Shown: positions 12,170 through 26,719, counted from the first letter of the stretch. The stretch: DNA of 64,000 nt from Lama glama (GCA_028534125.1 CM052816.1:81408001-81472000); one strand, 5' to 3'. Numbers and translations are program-made. The notes: a model not told the origin generated them from the letters alone.

Positions 12170-12286
12170 ACTTCTTTTCTCTTCTCTCTCTTCTCTCTCT
12201 TCTTTCTTCCTTTCCTTTCCTTCCTTTCCTTCCCTTTCCTCTTCCTTCCTTCTTTCTTTCTTTCCTCCTTCTTTCCTTCCTTCCTT
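12170..12286. repeat. Polypyrimidine low-complexity (CTT/CCTT/CTTT) tract
   Basis: About 115 nt consisting of C and T only. Confidence 0.9.
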
Positions 12287-14849
12287 GTAATCTTTCTGGA
12301 TCTCATTTTACTCTTGAATATTTAGCCACCCAGTAAAAGTTTTGGAATTTTGTTTTTCAAGTTCTCTTAAGAGAGGAGACAACTGATATTTATCATGCAC
12401 TGTGGACAGACGCCATGCTAGGTCTTCTCACACATTTTCCTGTTTAAAACTATCGTAACAGTAAGAGTAAATGAAGGTGTCATATTTCTTATTTTTCAGA
12501 TGAGGAAACTGAAGCCCGGAATGGCTGACTAAAGACAGTACCTGAGTTTAAGTGACGGAGTTGAAATTGAGAGCCAGGTTTCAAAGTTCATTCATGCTCA
12601 GAACTTTGCCAGTCTGCTCCCTTCGTCTTGCAGATATGTTCTAAAAATGTTTTCAGCCCAGGTTTCAAATTTTTGCATTTCGTTTGGGTGTCTTCATTCA
12701 GATATACAAGTGATACCACTGAATTTTTTTTTTTACTAAAATAATTATTTCAGTATTTTTTGCATGGCTTAATTGTTTTTAATAACTGAGGCTGGATCCA
12801 TATTAACCATCTATGAAATAAGTTCGATTGAGTATTTTTCAGTATTTCTTCTGCTTTGACAATTTTTGAAGAAAACTAAACCCTAGTCAAAAGAAGCATT
12901 GGTTATCACCCTGCTAATGCACTCTTCAACCAGTTGTTTTGGTGACTAATTTACTTATCAGTTATTCTCTGCATCTCAGACTGGCTTTTCCTGTTATATA
13001 GTGCATGCTTATGTTTCAGTAATGATAACCCAGACAAAATTAAGTTGATTCCTCTCAGCCACTCCCCAATACGTGATGCATTCCAAATTAGATTTGTGTC
13101 TTCACCACTATTGTTTCTTCTATTTCTTTGAATAAGCTAGTATTAAAAATGCAAACTTGCATGAACAGCATAGGAAGAGCTCTCAGACTTTTCTAGTTCA
13201 GTATTTCAATCATTTTTTCCTGCTTTTTGACAAAAAGCATAAATCTTCTGCATGATCATGCTGTTATCGTCAGTATATGTTGTGAATTTAAGTTATAAAG
13301 AGTCACATTACTGAATTCATCATTTTTTATACTGAATTTGGCAGAGCCTACTTTAATTGTTTTCCTAATAAAGGTCAAGTTTTATAGTGTTGTAGAAAGA
13401 TATTCCTAGCAGTGATCTCAGATTTGTTCATGAGAGTCGTCTGGGGAACATTCTAAAAATTTAAGATCCTGAGCCCTAGTTTCAAAGATTCTGACTGAGG
13501 TCAGAAAAGCCTGAGAATGCTTTTTTTTTTTTTTTTTTTGAGAATGCATTTTAAGATGACTTTCTCAGTTACTTGTTTGAAAAGATTGTTGGTAACACGT
13601 TATAAAAGTGTAGAGTGTATGGCATAAAATATCTTCTGTCTTGTCTTGCTTTCCAATTAGTGGTTCCCTTTTCCAGAGGCAGTCAGCGTTATCCATTTGT
13701 ATATCCTTCCACCCCACGTGGTCTGTGCAAATGTCCACATCAACATGTGCGCCTCTTTGTTGTCTATACAAATGGCTGTGTGCCATGCACGTTGTTCTGC
13801 GTCTTGCCTTTTCTTATTTAATATACCTTGGAGTCTTGGAGTCTTCGAGACTGCTCCACATCAGTACACATAGGGGAACTGAATCCTTAACAAGCACTGT
13901 AGGATCATTCCAAATTAATTTTTTTTTCTTCAATTATAGGTGGTTCTGATGCAAGCTGTACATGGATCATGCTTTAATAAACTTGCTTTATAGTCGAAAA
14001 TTATGTTTTAGATTTAGTATTAAAGATACTATCAGGCACATAATATAGCAAGTTAATTGTGATAGTCAGGAAGTCATAATCTCCCTATTCCTTAAGCAAT
14101 GTTACTGATTAGTTTTTGTCCAGGTAATTTTAGTAAACTGTAGTCTTGTTAATTTCAGTTCTCCTTTATCTTGCTTAGTAATAGATGTAAAAAAAAATCT
14201 GAAAATAGGAAGCAATTTAAAAGCTTGAGTAATATTTTTGAACAATGCTTATACTGGTCCTATGTTAAATACAAAGCTATTGTATTCACATTATCCTAAT
14301 GCAATCCCAAGTAAGGTAACGGTACCAGAGGTCTTCAGTTTGGAAAGGACAGTTTAATCAGTTCAGTAACCTAATGTGAAATACTTTAAAAAGAAAGTAA
14401 TTTGTTGAAAGAAAGTGTGCGAGGGCAGTTAAATTGATCTCAACTGCTTAATCACTCTTAAAATACACAAAATATTAAAGAGTTCAGAAATAGAAAGGGA
14501 AAATGGCAGAGAACATACCTGGGGCTTGGATCAATGTGAGCCCTATATCAAAGACAGGATAATACAGTATGACAGGTTCCTGGTGAGAAAAAAAGTTCAC
14601 GGTGTTGTAATTTACCTTGAGCTTTGCCATAAGCTGTTTAAAAAGAGCAATTTGTACTTCAGTGTGACTTAGTGTGCATTGTGGTATAGACAAAAACAGA
14701 AGGCCTGCCTTTTGCTAATACATACTGTGGAGGGCTGGAGGGAACTTAAAACCTGCATTACCAATCACAACTCCTTTTGGTGAGATGGCACTGCAAACCT
14801 TTTAACAGAGAAGGAGCTTCCTTGTATCCTTTATCTGAGTGATAATCCA

Positions 14850-15010
14850 AAATGAGAGACATAGTCTTCCTACACTTGGTGTTAGTCGTACCACATCTGG
14901 AGACTGCTGTTCAGTTCTGGGCTTTAGTTTTAATGTGATGTTCAAAAGAGAGAGATCAAGATAGTGAATTTGTTCAAAATCATGGCATGGAGTTGGAAAC
15001 ACAGAGCAGG
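14850..15010 (+). mobile_element. CR1/L3-like relic
   Basis: accacatctggagactgctgttcagttctggg resembles the conserved CR1/L3 3' ORF2 segment (RPHLEYCVQFW-like). Confidence 0.5.
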
Positions 15011-15464
15011 ACATATAAGAGGTGATGTGGGAGAAAGGATTGTAAGTATCTTCTAATATGGATAGCTCTGGGAAAAAAAATTGAAGAAATAGCTTTTTTA
15101 TAACATTACCTGCAACAATAAAATGGATGGGGGTCACTTGCAAAGTTGTTGCCCATGTTCAAAATTATAACCACCTATTTAAGATTCTGGTTAAAGGTCC
15201 TGGTATTAGGTATAAGAACATCTTTTCCAAGTTTAAGTTGCTTTTATACTATTGGTCCATGTACCTAGTAAAGACCATTTGAACAGAACTAAATGGCTAG
15301 TTGCTTAAAAAGTTGTTAAGAATTATTTCATGGCAGTCAAAATACAGATAGGAATAAGATTGGAAAAATGGGTGCTGGTTTTTCTACACCTCAACTTTTC
15401 CCTGTTTTCCTGGGTTTTTTACTCGTACCTCTCAACATTCCTCAGCTTCTGCAGCTTCTAAGTA

Positions 15465-15642
15465 CAGTCGACCCTTGACTGCATGGGTTTGAACTGTGCT
15501 GGTGCACTTACATGTAGATGTTTTTCAGTGATAAATATCACAGTACTGCACAGTCCGTGGATGCAGAGGATGCGGAGGGTCGACGAGTGCAGAGGGTCAG
15601 CTCCCCTAACCTCTCCCAACTGCTTTATTCAAGGGTCAGCTG
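15465..15642. mobile_element. Non-autonomous TcMar-Tigger element (MER8/Tigger2-like)
   Basis: Terminal inverted repeats CAGTCGACCCTTGA (15465-15478) and TCAAGGGTCAGCTG (15629-15642), 12/14 match; preceded by TA; internal gggtttgaactgtg...cacttacatgtagat. Confidence 0.8.
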
Positions 15643-17684
15643 AAGCACTTCGCATGGTTCTGTCAGCAGCTTCTTCTGTATGTGTACGTGCCATTGATGA
15701 TCTTATCAGTCTCCCAAGCTTTAGATACTCCTTTTCTTAAATTTATTTCCAAATCCTGTCTCTCTTTATCCAAACTCGTCTTGCTTTTTATCTTTCTGCC
15801 TCCAGTCTCTACACTATTCAGCCTACAACCCCCAGATTATTCATCCTAAAGCAGCAATTGGATCATGCCATCACTACTCAAAAGAACTTAAAGCAACTCC
15901 ACTTCACTATGCTAAAATGGTGTATTTGATTTCGTCCTCACAACCTTGCTAGGTAGGTATTCATTATACATGAGCAAACCAGTGTTTGAGGTTAAGTAAC
16001 TTGTCATAATAAAAGCTTGTTTGAATCTCTGATTTTGAATGTGTCAGGTCATCAAAAAGCTACATACTTGGAGAGTCCTGTTGACTTCAAAGCCTGAGTT
16101 TTTAATCTTTATGCTACTATATACCTCCTATAGATGTGTCTTTTAGTCAAAACCTCTTTCTACAGAATTTGAATGCTTAAGACATGGTGTACAAATAGAT
16201 TTTAAGTATCCCAATTTTGGTCTGCTTCAGAGACCTACCCATCAGCCTTTATTTTACCCTCTTCATTCTAAAGAACTTACAAAGCTGTATAGCTCTTTCA
16301 GAGGTCAATGTGTAAGTAAGAATAGGAAAAAAGGAGTGAATTCCATCTCCTTCGCTCTATTTTAACCTTTACTGGGCCAAAAGTAAAAAATGATATCTAA
16401 TGTACTATGTACAGGATATAGCTGTGTCTCATTTGGCGCAAACACTATTAGGAACACTGAGCCAATAGTAAAGATTTCACACTAAAACCCCAATTTGACT
16501 TCCCTTGAAAAATTGGAAAACCTGATGACATAGGGCATGTGATTCAATGATGAGAGTAATGGCTACTCTCTCTAGAGGACAAATTTAAGATAAAGCCTAT
16601 TCCGGACAGTTTACCAAAGCCTCTACTCCCTTATTTTGTCTACCAGACTGGCCCTGTGAGCATTTGGTTTTATTATATTTCAGATCCTAGACATTTTACC
16701 TATGGACTCTTCCAATTTTCATGTACAATCACATGTTAAACTGAGGTGAAGACAATCTCTACAATTATTGTCAGTTCCAAAACTCAATTCTGTAAACATG
16801 TGTTTCCTATGCACTAGGATACTTGATGTCTCCCACACTTAAGATAAAGGACAGTCATAAAGAAACGTTTAACGCACTTCCTTCTTTGGTTGTTTCAAGA
16901 GAAGTATCAGGAAGGCCTGAAATTTATGCAAGCCACAGCCTCAAGGGAATCCTTTATTTCAGAGCAGAGATCAAAACCTATGTCCTGAAAATCTGTCACA
17001 TGGGAGCAGCCTGCCTGTCTTCCTGTCTGTTCTTTGGTTGGAGTAAGAGAAAGAGAGGGAAGAAAAGGCTGTAGGAATTGAAGACAACAAAGGTGGGCTA
17101 AAGGAAAATACGTTCTTGATGGCAAAATTCTGAATTGTATGAGTTCTCAAATTTTTTCTTTTTATGAACTAGTGTACCTCAAAAGGGATAAAAAAAGGAG
17201 AGGGCTTAGTATATGGTGAAGTGGAGGGGGAGCTACAACTGAATTACTAATTGAAACCAAATGTATGAGTTCCAGTTCCTGAGAAGATGAAGTAAGCACC
17301 CTCCTCCCTGTCTCTCTCTCTGAATTCAACTATAAAATCTGGATAAAATGCATAGAAGCAGTTTGAGGACCCTGAAATGTAGTTAATAGCAGGCAGATTC
17401 GAGACGACTAGAATTGAAATATCATCAGACAGTTTTGCCGTATTTCCCCTTCCAGCGGTAGACTCACGGCTTCGCCTTGGACGTGAGTGCAGCCATAGAA
17501 GTGAGTGGTAGAATGAGATAACTAAAGCCCCAGATTTCTGGCCCTAGGCTTGAGAAGGGAAATCCTAGGGAACAGGAACGTTCTGGAAAGATTGGGGAGA
17601 GGAAGGAGCTAGGGCAAGTGATTCCATAAAGTTATTTATAAATAATACTATAATAATTATAGTAATTTTTTTTCAGCTTTCAAC

Positions 17685-17905
17685 CCCAACTTATTTTATG
17701 AGGCCAGTATTACCCTGATACCAAAACTAGGTAGAAATAGTTCAAAGAAAACTTAGACCAATATACCTGATGAAATTAAAATGAAGAATCCTTAACAAAA
17801 GATTTATCGAGTCAAATCTAGCAATACATATAAAGAATAATTACCACAACCAGTGGAGTTTATCTGGGAAATGCAAGGCTGGTTCAGTATGAAAATCAAC
17901 CAACA
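17685..17905 (+). mobile_element. L1 ORF2 (RT region) fragment
   Basis: ttttatgaggccagtattaccctgataccaaaac (FYEASITLIPK) and gggaaatgcaaggctggttca (MQGWF), both L1 RT motifs. Confidence 0.8.
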
Positions 17906-18735
17906 TATGAACTTTAGTATTAAAGATAATGAAACTATAAAATTTAAAGACAAATAACTGGGGAAGCTATTACAACATAATATAGCAAAGAGTTGATATT
18001 AATAAAGACATTCAAATCACTTGAATCTGATACCACTAAGAAAAGAATTGGACTCAGGCATAAAGATTTACTACCTAAATGGTCAAGAATTGGAAAAATG
18101 GGAGAGCTGTGTAGCAGGTCATTACAAATAATGATCTGTGTTTATTGACATGCTGAGATCTTCACAAATAATGTATGTAAAACTGGAATCTGTGTAAGAA
18201 TCCACTTTTGCAATACATGCATCCATATATGCACACACAGACACACACACATAGAAAAGTCCTAAATTAAAACTATTAACACTGGTTATCTCTGGATTAT
18301 GAGATTCTGAGTGACTTTTTCCTCTGATTCAGGTGATTTGACAATGAGTAGGGATACTTTGGTAATAAATAATAAGATAAAAACTTCTTTCTTTAAAAGG
18401 GTAAGTGAGTAATAAGCATGGCTGGACAATTCTCAGAAGAAATATATATTCTCAAAAGAAATATAAATGGCCAATAGCCAGATGAAAACAAATTTTCAGT
18501 CTTACTAGTAATCAAATGAATAAAAATCTAAAAAGTGGAATAGGCTTTTTGTCGACAAGATTGACAAAGACTATAAAGCTTGAAAGTATTAAATAATACC
18601 AAGATCTCAAAGGCAAGGGCACCAGCTCAGCTGACATCTGAATTATCTTTTTTCTTTTTAATGCAAGTATCAGTTACAGCCTCTGACCCAGCGACTGAAC
18701 TTCAAAGAATTTATCTTAAAGAATTAAATCTAACA

Positions 18736-18870
18736 GGGGAAGGCAGAGCTCAAGTGGTAGAGCGCATGCTTAACATGCATGAGGTCCTGGGTTCAATCCT
18801 TAGTACCTCCTCCAAGAATAAATAAATAAACCTAATAACCTTCCCCTTCCAAAAATAATAATAAAAAAAT
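18736..18870 (+). mobile_element. Vic-1-like SINE inside an old L1ME-like region
   Basis: ggggaaggcagagctcaagtggtagagcgcatgcttaacatgcatgaggtcctgggttcaatcc...aataaataaataaacctaataacc. Confidence 0.88.
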
Positions 18871-21081
18871 ATATATATCTAGGGAGTAGTTCTTGGAGCT
18901 TTCTGAGATGCTGTTCCCTGGTTATAATCCTCAAATTTGGCTCAAATAGAATTTTCCACCTGTTTTTTCATCAAAAAAAAAAAAATCTAATCAGACAAGT
19001 ACACAAAACTATAAATTCAAATACGTTTACTGAAGCATTACCATCAAGTGTGTAAGATTAGAAACAATTAAAATGTCCAAAAATGTTTTAATGAAATACA
19101 GCTTAATCATGTAAATGATCTTACAGAGGAGCACCCTCTCCTTAAAACCCACTCATATGACCCCGGCTGCTCTCTCCCTCAAGAATGTTAGGTCAGGGAA
19201 AAAGCTGAAATCAACTATGTAGGAGACTAACACATAAAGAAATTTACTTTATAATGTTTAATAAGAAAAATCAGATTATAAAAACGTGTGAAGAATTATC
19301 CCTTTTTGTTTTAATAGAGAAGCATGTATATACAGACCATTCTTCCCCAAAACGTTCCCAGTGACTACACCTGTGAAGTATGATTATAGCTTGTTCAGTT
19401 TGGGGCTTTTATTTCTATTTGATGAGAAGATTTGCTAATCTCTGTTTCTAAAATAACTTTTACTATGTAATAGAAAATGATTACTGAATAATTCTTAAAT
19501 AATTACTACATCATAATTCTTTAAAAAGAAAAAAATAGAGTAAAAACCTTCCAATAGCTCCACATGCCTAAGGATAAACCCCAAAATCCTTAGCATGTCC
19601 TTCAGGGCCCCATAAACTGTAGCTCCAACCTGTCTCTCAAGCCTCACCTCTTGCTACTCCCTATATGAGAACCTGTCCTGTAACCGCCAGAGCAAAGCAC
19701 TCGCTCTCGCCTCTCCACGTAGTGCAGCTCCTGCTGCCTCTGAGGTCAGCCTCACAGGCCTATGAGGAGAGGGGCGAGCCTTCCCTTGGGATGGGAGAAG
19801 GTGTCACTTGGTAATATGAGGGCACCAGGAACAAGGCAGAGCAGAGGGACTTCTAAAAATGAATTGTTATTCTGACCACATCCGTGGTTGCAAATTAAAT
19901 TTCTCTTAGTATTTTCTCTTTCATTGATGTTGTCTCACATAAGGAGAGAGAAGGAGTTGCTTTTTTTTCCCTTCCCCAGTTCAGCTGAGCCATAAGACTT
20001 CTTTTCAGGCTTCTTAAGCCTACGTAAGATATTTGCAAAGCCTGGCATTGCCTTGCTTGGTGCTTTACTTGGCTGCCCTCAGATTCTGCTCCAGAGACTA
20101 AGGTGAATGAATGGTGAATAGACTCCAGTGTTCTGGAGGGAAATAGGGAAATGGCCGCTGATTTCAGTGCTCAAGCAGGAAAGTCACCCTGCAGAAAATA
20201 TTGAGATGTTTCTTTGCAGCTCAGCCATTCTATTCCTTATGTTTTGTTTGTTTGGTTGGTTGGTTTTGCCTTTGGGCAAAAAGGATTTTTAAAAAACAGT
20301 TTTGATTACATTTTAACCTTGGGAGAAATGACTATTTCAAACAGAAAACAGAAGGCCTTTCACACCCTCTGTGTCCTTTTACAGCACCTGAACAATAAGC
20401 CTTTCAGGTTTTCAGTGAGTGAGAATGGTTAGCCAATCTGAAAACAGGCCTGGCTGCACTTTGAGCGAAGATCAAATATCCCAGTAAGGAGGCACGCTCC
20501 TCCTGCTTTGATCTGAGAAGGTTCTCCCAGCCCTTAAGGGGAGCAACAGCTTCCTTCTTCCCTCTGAGCTCATCAGGCTCAGAACACATGTGACCCTCCT
20601 CTGTGGAGTAGAGGTGTCTTCCCACTGTTCTTCCAGATTTTCAATACAGGTTCAGCCACGAGCAAAATTGGGAAGGAAGAGAATCAGTCAGTTGCATTTT
20701 CCTTCAAATTAGGGAATAGACGTCCTGGATGCCAGGTCCCTCACTTGTCTCCAGCCATCTCTGTAGTAGCTGACATTCTGAGATCTAAACTTGATGCCTT
20801 GATCTCAGTTAACATTCAAGAGGGAATAACACACCCTTTTAATTTTATGATACACAGCCTTCATAGGCTTGGATGACATGTAAAGCATTAAGTTCTGTCA
20901 ATCTTAATAATCTGAGACATCAACAAGCTTTTTTCATTGCCTCTCCTGGAGAGCATCCCTGAATCAGACGCCAGATCTTTCTTGACTTCCATTATTCTAG
21001 AATGAGTCAAGAGAAATCTGAAATGAAGAGCCAACCAAAATAACAGGTTTTTCTGCTTGCCCTGTCCTCCCTCCTGTTCCA

Positions 21082-21082
<1 letters not shown>

Positions 21083-21114
<32 letters not shown>
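21083..21114. repeat. (AC)n microsatellite
   Basis: About 16 AC units, read directly. Confidence 0.95.
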
Positions 21115-21116
<2 letters not shown>

Positions 21117-23149
21117 CCAGGGCTCTGAGCTGGGGGAGAGGCTAGCTTGGGAGAGAAATAGCAGAGTGAGAAGCAGGAAGTGTCTCTGCACTGACCACCT
21201 GCCCCACAGTTACCCTCTCATTTTGGGAACTGAGAGAAGAGTCTGGCAGCCCCCTGGGGGACTTTTGGAGTGTGGTAGCCCTGCTGACACTCCCCCCACC
21301 ACCCCTGGCATAGAGTAGTTGAAATGGTGGCATGGCCTTTCCAGGTGCTGGAGAGCTTGCAAAAGTCCCTTTACTCTTCTTGTCTCCCAGGGAATTTGGA
21401 AATGGTTCACATTTTTCCATGCCCCCTACCCCGCTGCCAGCAAGTGACATCTAAAAATTAATTAGGAGATACAGCCAAGGTGCTGTTGGGAGGCTGCCCG
21501 GCAGAAGAAATGGGCACACGTAGTCAAGGATAGGGTACAAACCACCCCCAAGGATGGGCTCTTAGCTGCATCACTGAGGGACACTGTGCCAGCCAGCTGC
21601 ACGGGGATGGGAGGAAGTGACTGCAGGCCCAAGTCGGCACCCTCTGAACCAGGCATCTTCTGTGCCCAAGAAGACAAAGGACGAGCACTGGGACCAGGTC
21701 AGGGAGATGGGCAGCTGGGGCCTGGCTGGGGTTTTGTAATTCCTGGAGTTTCAATTCAGCCCGGAGAGCAGAGAAGACACATGGAAGGGAGCCCTGACGT
21801 GGACTGGGAGGGGCTTAGAAGACTTGAAATAACAAAAATAAAGCTGAGAAATAACCAGATTAAGTCGCCTGCATCAGAACACTGTGGCTTAGAATTCATG
21901 TTCAGAAATCAGATTATGTTACAGAAATAGCTCTCAGGGCGGTGTGATCTTGGGCAAGTTATTTTACTTCTCCGGGTTCTGTGACAACCTCCCCCCACCA
22001 ACCCTCCTCCCCCATGGCTCTTCAAAATGCAGTTTTTTCCAGCTCTGGGAGTTGTCCTGCAGCCTCTCGGAGTGGCCCAGTGGCCAACTCAAGCCGTGTT
22101 TCTACTGCACGCTTCACATGGTTGTGGACACAGTAATGGAGCTCAGAGCAGGCCCGGTAGAGGAGGACAGGGAGGGAATGCCTTGGCCTCCTCCTCTATC
22201 AATTCCCTTAACCTGTGCCCCAGCTGAGAGGACTCCCCAGCCTGTGCCAAGAACACCTTCCTCACCACCACTTTTTAAATAGTCCTGTAGAGGGCACAGT
22301 TTCCTTGTCCCAGAGGCTTCCAGGATTCAGGAATGTTCAGTGGTTCAGTCAGGTTCTGAAGGCTCTTCCATCCATCCAAGGATCTCTACAAAGCACTGAG
22401 GACAGTACTGTAGGGAGTAGTGAGAAGCACTGGGGAAGGGGGGCTTCCTCTGACCAAGGGATGCCCCTGGCATAGCTCTAGGGAGGAAGACAAAGACGTG
22501 GACATATTGCACTAATTCTAAGACATATTCAAGTTCACGGGTCAAGGCAGCACACAGATTTCAGATGCTCAGAAATTCAGAAGAGGTCTAGACTGCTTCC
22601 AACAGTCTCCGAGGACAATGGAGGCTCCAAAGAGGTGGTGGCACAGGGAGTAGACCTTGATGGGGGGAATGATTTGGGGACCAATGGGAAGTGAACAGAG
22701 ACAGAAAATGGCAAGGTCTTGTTAAAAGCTCTTGTTCTGAAAGTTAAAATTCAGTGCATTTTAGTTGTTCATTTTAAAATGGCTAATTTTGTGTTCTGTG
22801 ACTTTCCCCTCAATGTTAAAAAGCTACATGAGATAGCTGTGTGTGTGTATAATTTTAATTTATTTATTGTTGAGCTAGTTAATGATTCTCATGGTTCAAA
22901 ATCCAAAGGTGTTAAAGAGTATACAGTAAAAACTCTCCTTTCAATCTCTCTTCCAAATGTGCATTTCCCAAAGGCAACTAATGCCGTAGTTCCCCTTGTA
23001 TCTACCCAAAGATGTTTACGCAAACACCCAGAGCTGGGTCTGCAGAGTCTTTATTTCCACCTTTTCTTACACAAATGCTAGCCTACTCTGCATACTGTTG
23101 GGTGCCTTGCTTTAATTACTGACTATAGCTTGGCTCTTATACCTTATAT

Positions 23150-23360
23150 GCCAACACTTTAAACACTTTATTAACTCCTTTAATCCTCACAACAATCCTA
23201 TGACGCCAGTGCCATTATTATCTCTGTCACCCTCATTTTTATAGGTGAGAAAACTGAGGTCCAAGAAGATAAATGCCTAAACGTCACACCTCTAGTAACG
23301 GGTAGAGGCAGGACTTGAAACCAGGCAGTCTGACTCTAGAATATTTGCTTTAACCACTAA
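23150..23360 (-). mobile_element. MIR
   Basis: tttaatcctcacaacaatcctatga...cattttt-ataggtgagaaaactgagg...gaaaccaggcagtctgactctaga (antisense MIR core). Confidence 0.8.
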
Positions 23361-23890
23361 ACTTGACAGTTTCAACCTAAAGAACTTTCTCATTCTTTTT
23401 TTTACAGAGGCAGAGAATCTCATTCCATGGCTGTACCATAACTTATTAAGCCCATCCCTCTTGATGACCCTTTAGGCTATTTCCAATCTTCCGTTGTTAC
23501 AAAAATTGCTGTAGAGAGTAAGCTTGGACATGTGGTATTTCACATGTGTAAGTGTCTCTGCAGCATACATTTTTAGAATTGACATTCCTGACACAAGTTT
23601 TGATGGCTATTGCACAACTGCCCTCCCTCTTGACCCATCAATTTACATCCCTCCCCCAGGTAATGGATGAAAATCCCTGCTTCTCTAGTCCTTCTCTGAT
23701 CCATTACACTGAGGGCTCACTTAATACTGTAGCATGCAATACATAGTTAGGGGCTAGTTATAGAGGAGATCATCCCTGCTTTCAAGAACTACCTGTCTTA
23801 TTGAAAGAGGCTGGAAGATGCTGGAAGACAGTCACAGCAGACCATCAGTAAACCTTTATTTAATGAATAGATGAATCAGACCATTAACTT

Positions 23891-24570
23891 TTTTTAAATT
23901 GAAGTACAGTTGGTTTACAATGTCATGTTAATTTCTGGTGTACAGCATAGTAATTCAATTATACATATATATATTCCTTTTCATATTTTTCATTATAGAT
24001 CATTACAAGGTATTAAATATAGTTCCCTGTGCTATAAAGTAGGACCTTTATAGCACTTTTATATAAAGTAGTTAGTATCTGCAAATCCCAAACTCCCAAT
24101 TTATGCCTCCACTCACTCCTTTCCCTCCTGGTAACCACAAATTTGTTTTCTATGTCTGTGAGTCTATTTCTGTTTTGTAAATTAATTCATTTGTCTCGTT
24201 TTTTTAGATTCCTCATATAAGTGATGTCATACAGTATTTTTCTTTCTCTTTCTGGCTTTCTTCACTTAGTATGACAATCTGCAGGTACATCCATGTTGCT
24301 GCAAATGGCATTATTTTACTCTTTTTAATGGCTGAGTAGTATTCCATTATATGTATGTGTGTATGTATGTGCCTGTGTATAAATATATATATATTTATAA
24401 ATAATAAATACATATATAAAAATATAAATATATATATATATATCTCACATCTTCTTTATCCAGTCATCTGTCAATGGACATTTAGGTTCCTTCCATGTCT
24501 TGGCTATTGTAAACAGTGCTGCTATGAAATTGGGGTGCATGCATCTTTTTGAATTAGTTTCTTGTGTTAA
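23891..24570 (-). mobile_element. L1 3' end
   Basis: T-run then aattgaagtacagttgg...ccatgttgctgcaaatggca...ggctattgtaaacagtgctgctatgaa. Possible TSD attaactt at 23883-23890 and 24574-24581. Confidence 0.88.
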
Positions 24571-24896
24571 AATATTAACTTATGTTTTGAAGAAGACACA
24601 CTACAGATCAGGGAATAGACTCATCGGGCCCTCTACCATGTGATCAGTTGAGGCTGTGCGTGTGTGAAAGAAAAAAAAATCACCAGGAAGTCCTTGTCTA
24701 CAGTCACTGAGTCTCTACAGCAGGCCCTCACATTATGACACCACGAGACTGAGAAAAATCGAAGTGCTTCTTAATCTAGGTCTATTCCTCACCACCCTCG
24801 GAGGAGGGCTTGAAGACTCATGGTTGCTGCAGGAAGCTAAGGATTTTCTATTTTCAGTGAAAGAAGAGGGCAGGCCCTAGCCTGGACGCTAGAGGG

Positions 24897-24985
24897 TTTT
24901 TTCCCCTAATGGAGGTACTGGGGATTAGAACCCAGGACCTCTTGCATGCAAAGCACACACTCTACCAATGAGCCCTACCCTCCCA
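24897..24985 (-). mobile_element. Vic-1-like SINE (short)
   Basis: taatggaggtactggggattagaacccaggacctcttgcatgcaaagcacacactctaccaatgagccctaccctccc. Confidence 0.8.
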
Positions 24986-26719
24986 CCACGTGCTAAGGTC
25001 TGAATTCTTGCTTCCACCACTTACAAATCAATTGCTGCCCAGGCCATTTTTCATCCTATACCCTTTCACTCAGCTGCAATCATTTACTGAATCCCTACTA
25101 TGTGCCTGGTACCTGTCAAATAAAGGTGAACACGCACACAAGTCGGCAGCCTCAAGTGACTCCAGAGAGGAGGAAATGCAAATATCCAGCTTTAACTACC
25201 TGCTAGAGGGAAACTGTTGCCCCTACGTGGGAGGACGCTGTTGGCTTCAGTTGTCTGTGGGAAGAAACCGCACTGCCTTTGGTTGGAGCTCGTTTCTATG
25301 TGAGCTAAGATTTGTTCCTATTTATAATTCTCCAATGAAGCTTAGGGCAGTATTAGGAGAAAGGAGTGACCTTAAATATTGTGTGTAAATTAAAATATTT
25401 CAAAGTCTGGGGCTACCATTTGTGTTTATTAATAGATGGAGAACTATTTGACATCAGCATGACAAGAATTTTTCAGTCAGGTGGGAGGGACTCTCCCAAG
25501 GAGGTTTGATCCACACCCTAACAATCAAGTGAAAATAGGCTGATAGTTGGAGAGCAAGATGGAAACAGATGTTGGCTTATCCCCTGCCTTCATTCCCTTA
25601 CTGCTCCTTTAAGAAAGTGCATTTTTATCACTGAAAGAGTCGAAAGTGTCCTGGAGGCTACCAGCCTTTCAATCTTCACAAACGTTTCCCATGTGCTGGT
25701 TATTATAGATTTCCGAGAGGGTATGGATGCAGTGGTTGTGTCAAGTTTCCAGAATCATCTAATTGCAAACCCATTTGATCACAAAATGGGTGCTGAAGAG
25801 CTGGATAAATTAATTATTATATATAACTCAGGATGGTTTGAAGGGTGGGAAACTGGATGCGGTGGATTAGAAATCAAAGCCATTATTTCTAGTCCAAGGA
25901 TTGGGCCAGAAATTAAAAACAGAAACCAACAAGGAAACAAACAAAACCTCTTTGTTTAACAAAGTCTTAGAACTGACCATTGGAAGAAGTCACTCTGCTT
26001 CTCTTCCTACAGTCCTGGAAAAGGGGCAAGTTATGCCTGCTCAGTGGGACTGTACTAAGGTCAGCCAGCACCTAATTAGTACCTGCTGCCCACCAGGCAT
26101 CACTTGGATTACCTTGTTTAACCTTTATAACCAACCTCAACCACTGTGACATAATCATTATTGCTCTGACTTTCATCCTAGGTAGAAATAGAGGCACAGA
26201 GAGATGAAGTAACTTGCCCAAGGACACCGATAATAAAGGGCATAGTCAGCGCCAGTGCAAAAAGAAGATGTAGTCCTGGCCCAGGAAAGGGGAGTCAATT
26301 CCCCTTCCCACGGCAGGGTGTAGGGGGCGACCTCTATGGGATTGGAGCCCCTGTGCCTGGACACATTCGGTATCTGCAGGGATACGGGACACATTCAATC
26401 CACAGCAGTTGAGAGGCCCTGGCCAGTTGCCATGGAGCTGCCAGCTAGGGCAGGGATGGCTTCTGACCACATCTAGATACACTGGAAGGGACTGGGGGCT
26501 ATTGATTGTCCCTGACCATCTCCTTGTCAGTGTCCAGGCACCCATGGGGGCACGGGGTAGACAGCCATGAAGGAACACAACTCTCTTCCTCTGGCAATGA
26601 GACCACTTTGCTGCCCTGACACAGATCAGCAGCAGTCTTAGGTTTGGCTGGGGAGGGCCAGGGCACAGTGGGCCCCCAACAGAAAGTGGGACTGCACAGG
26701 AGCTGAGGCCCCAAGACCC

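Noticed and set aside
25690..25900. 88-aa ORF faintly resembling a CR1/L3 RT segment
   Set aside because: Similarity is too weak to call by eye; at most a decayed LINE relic.
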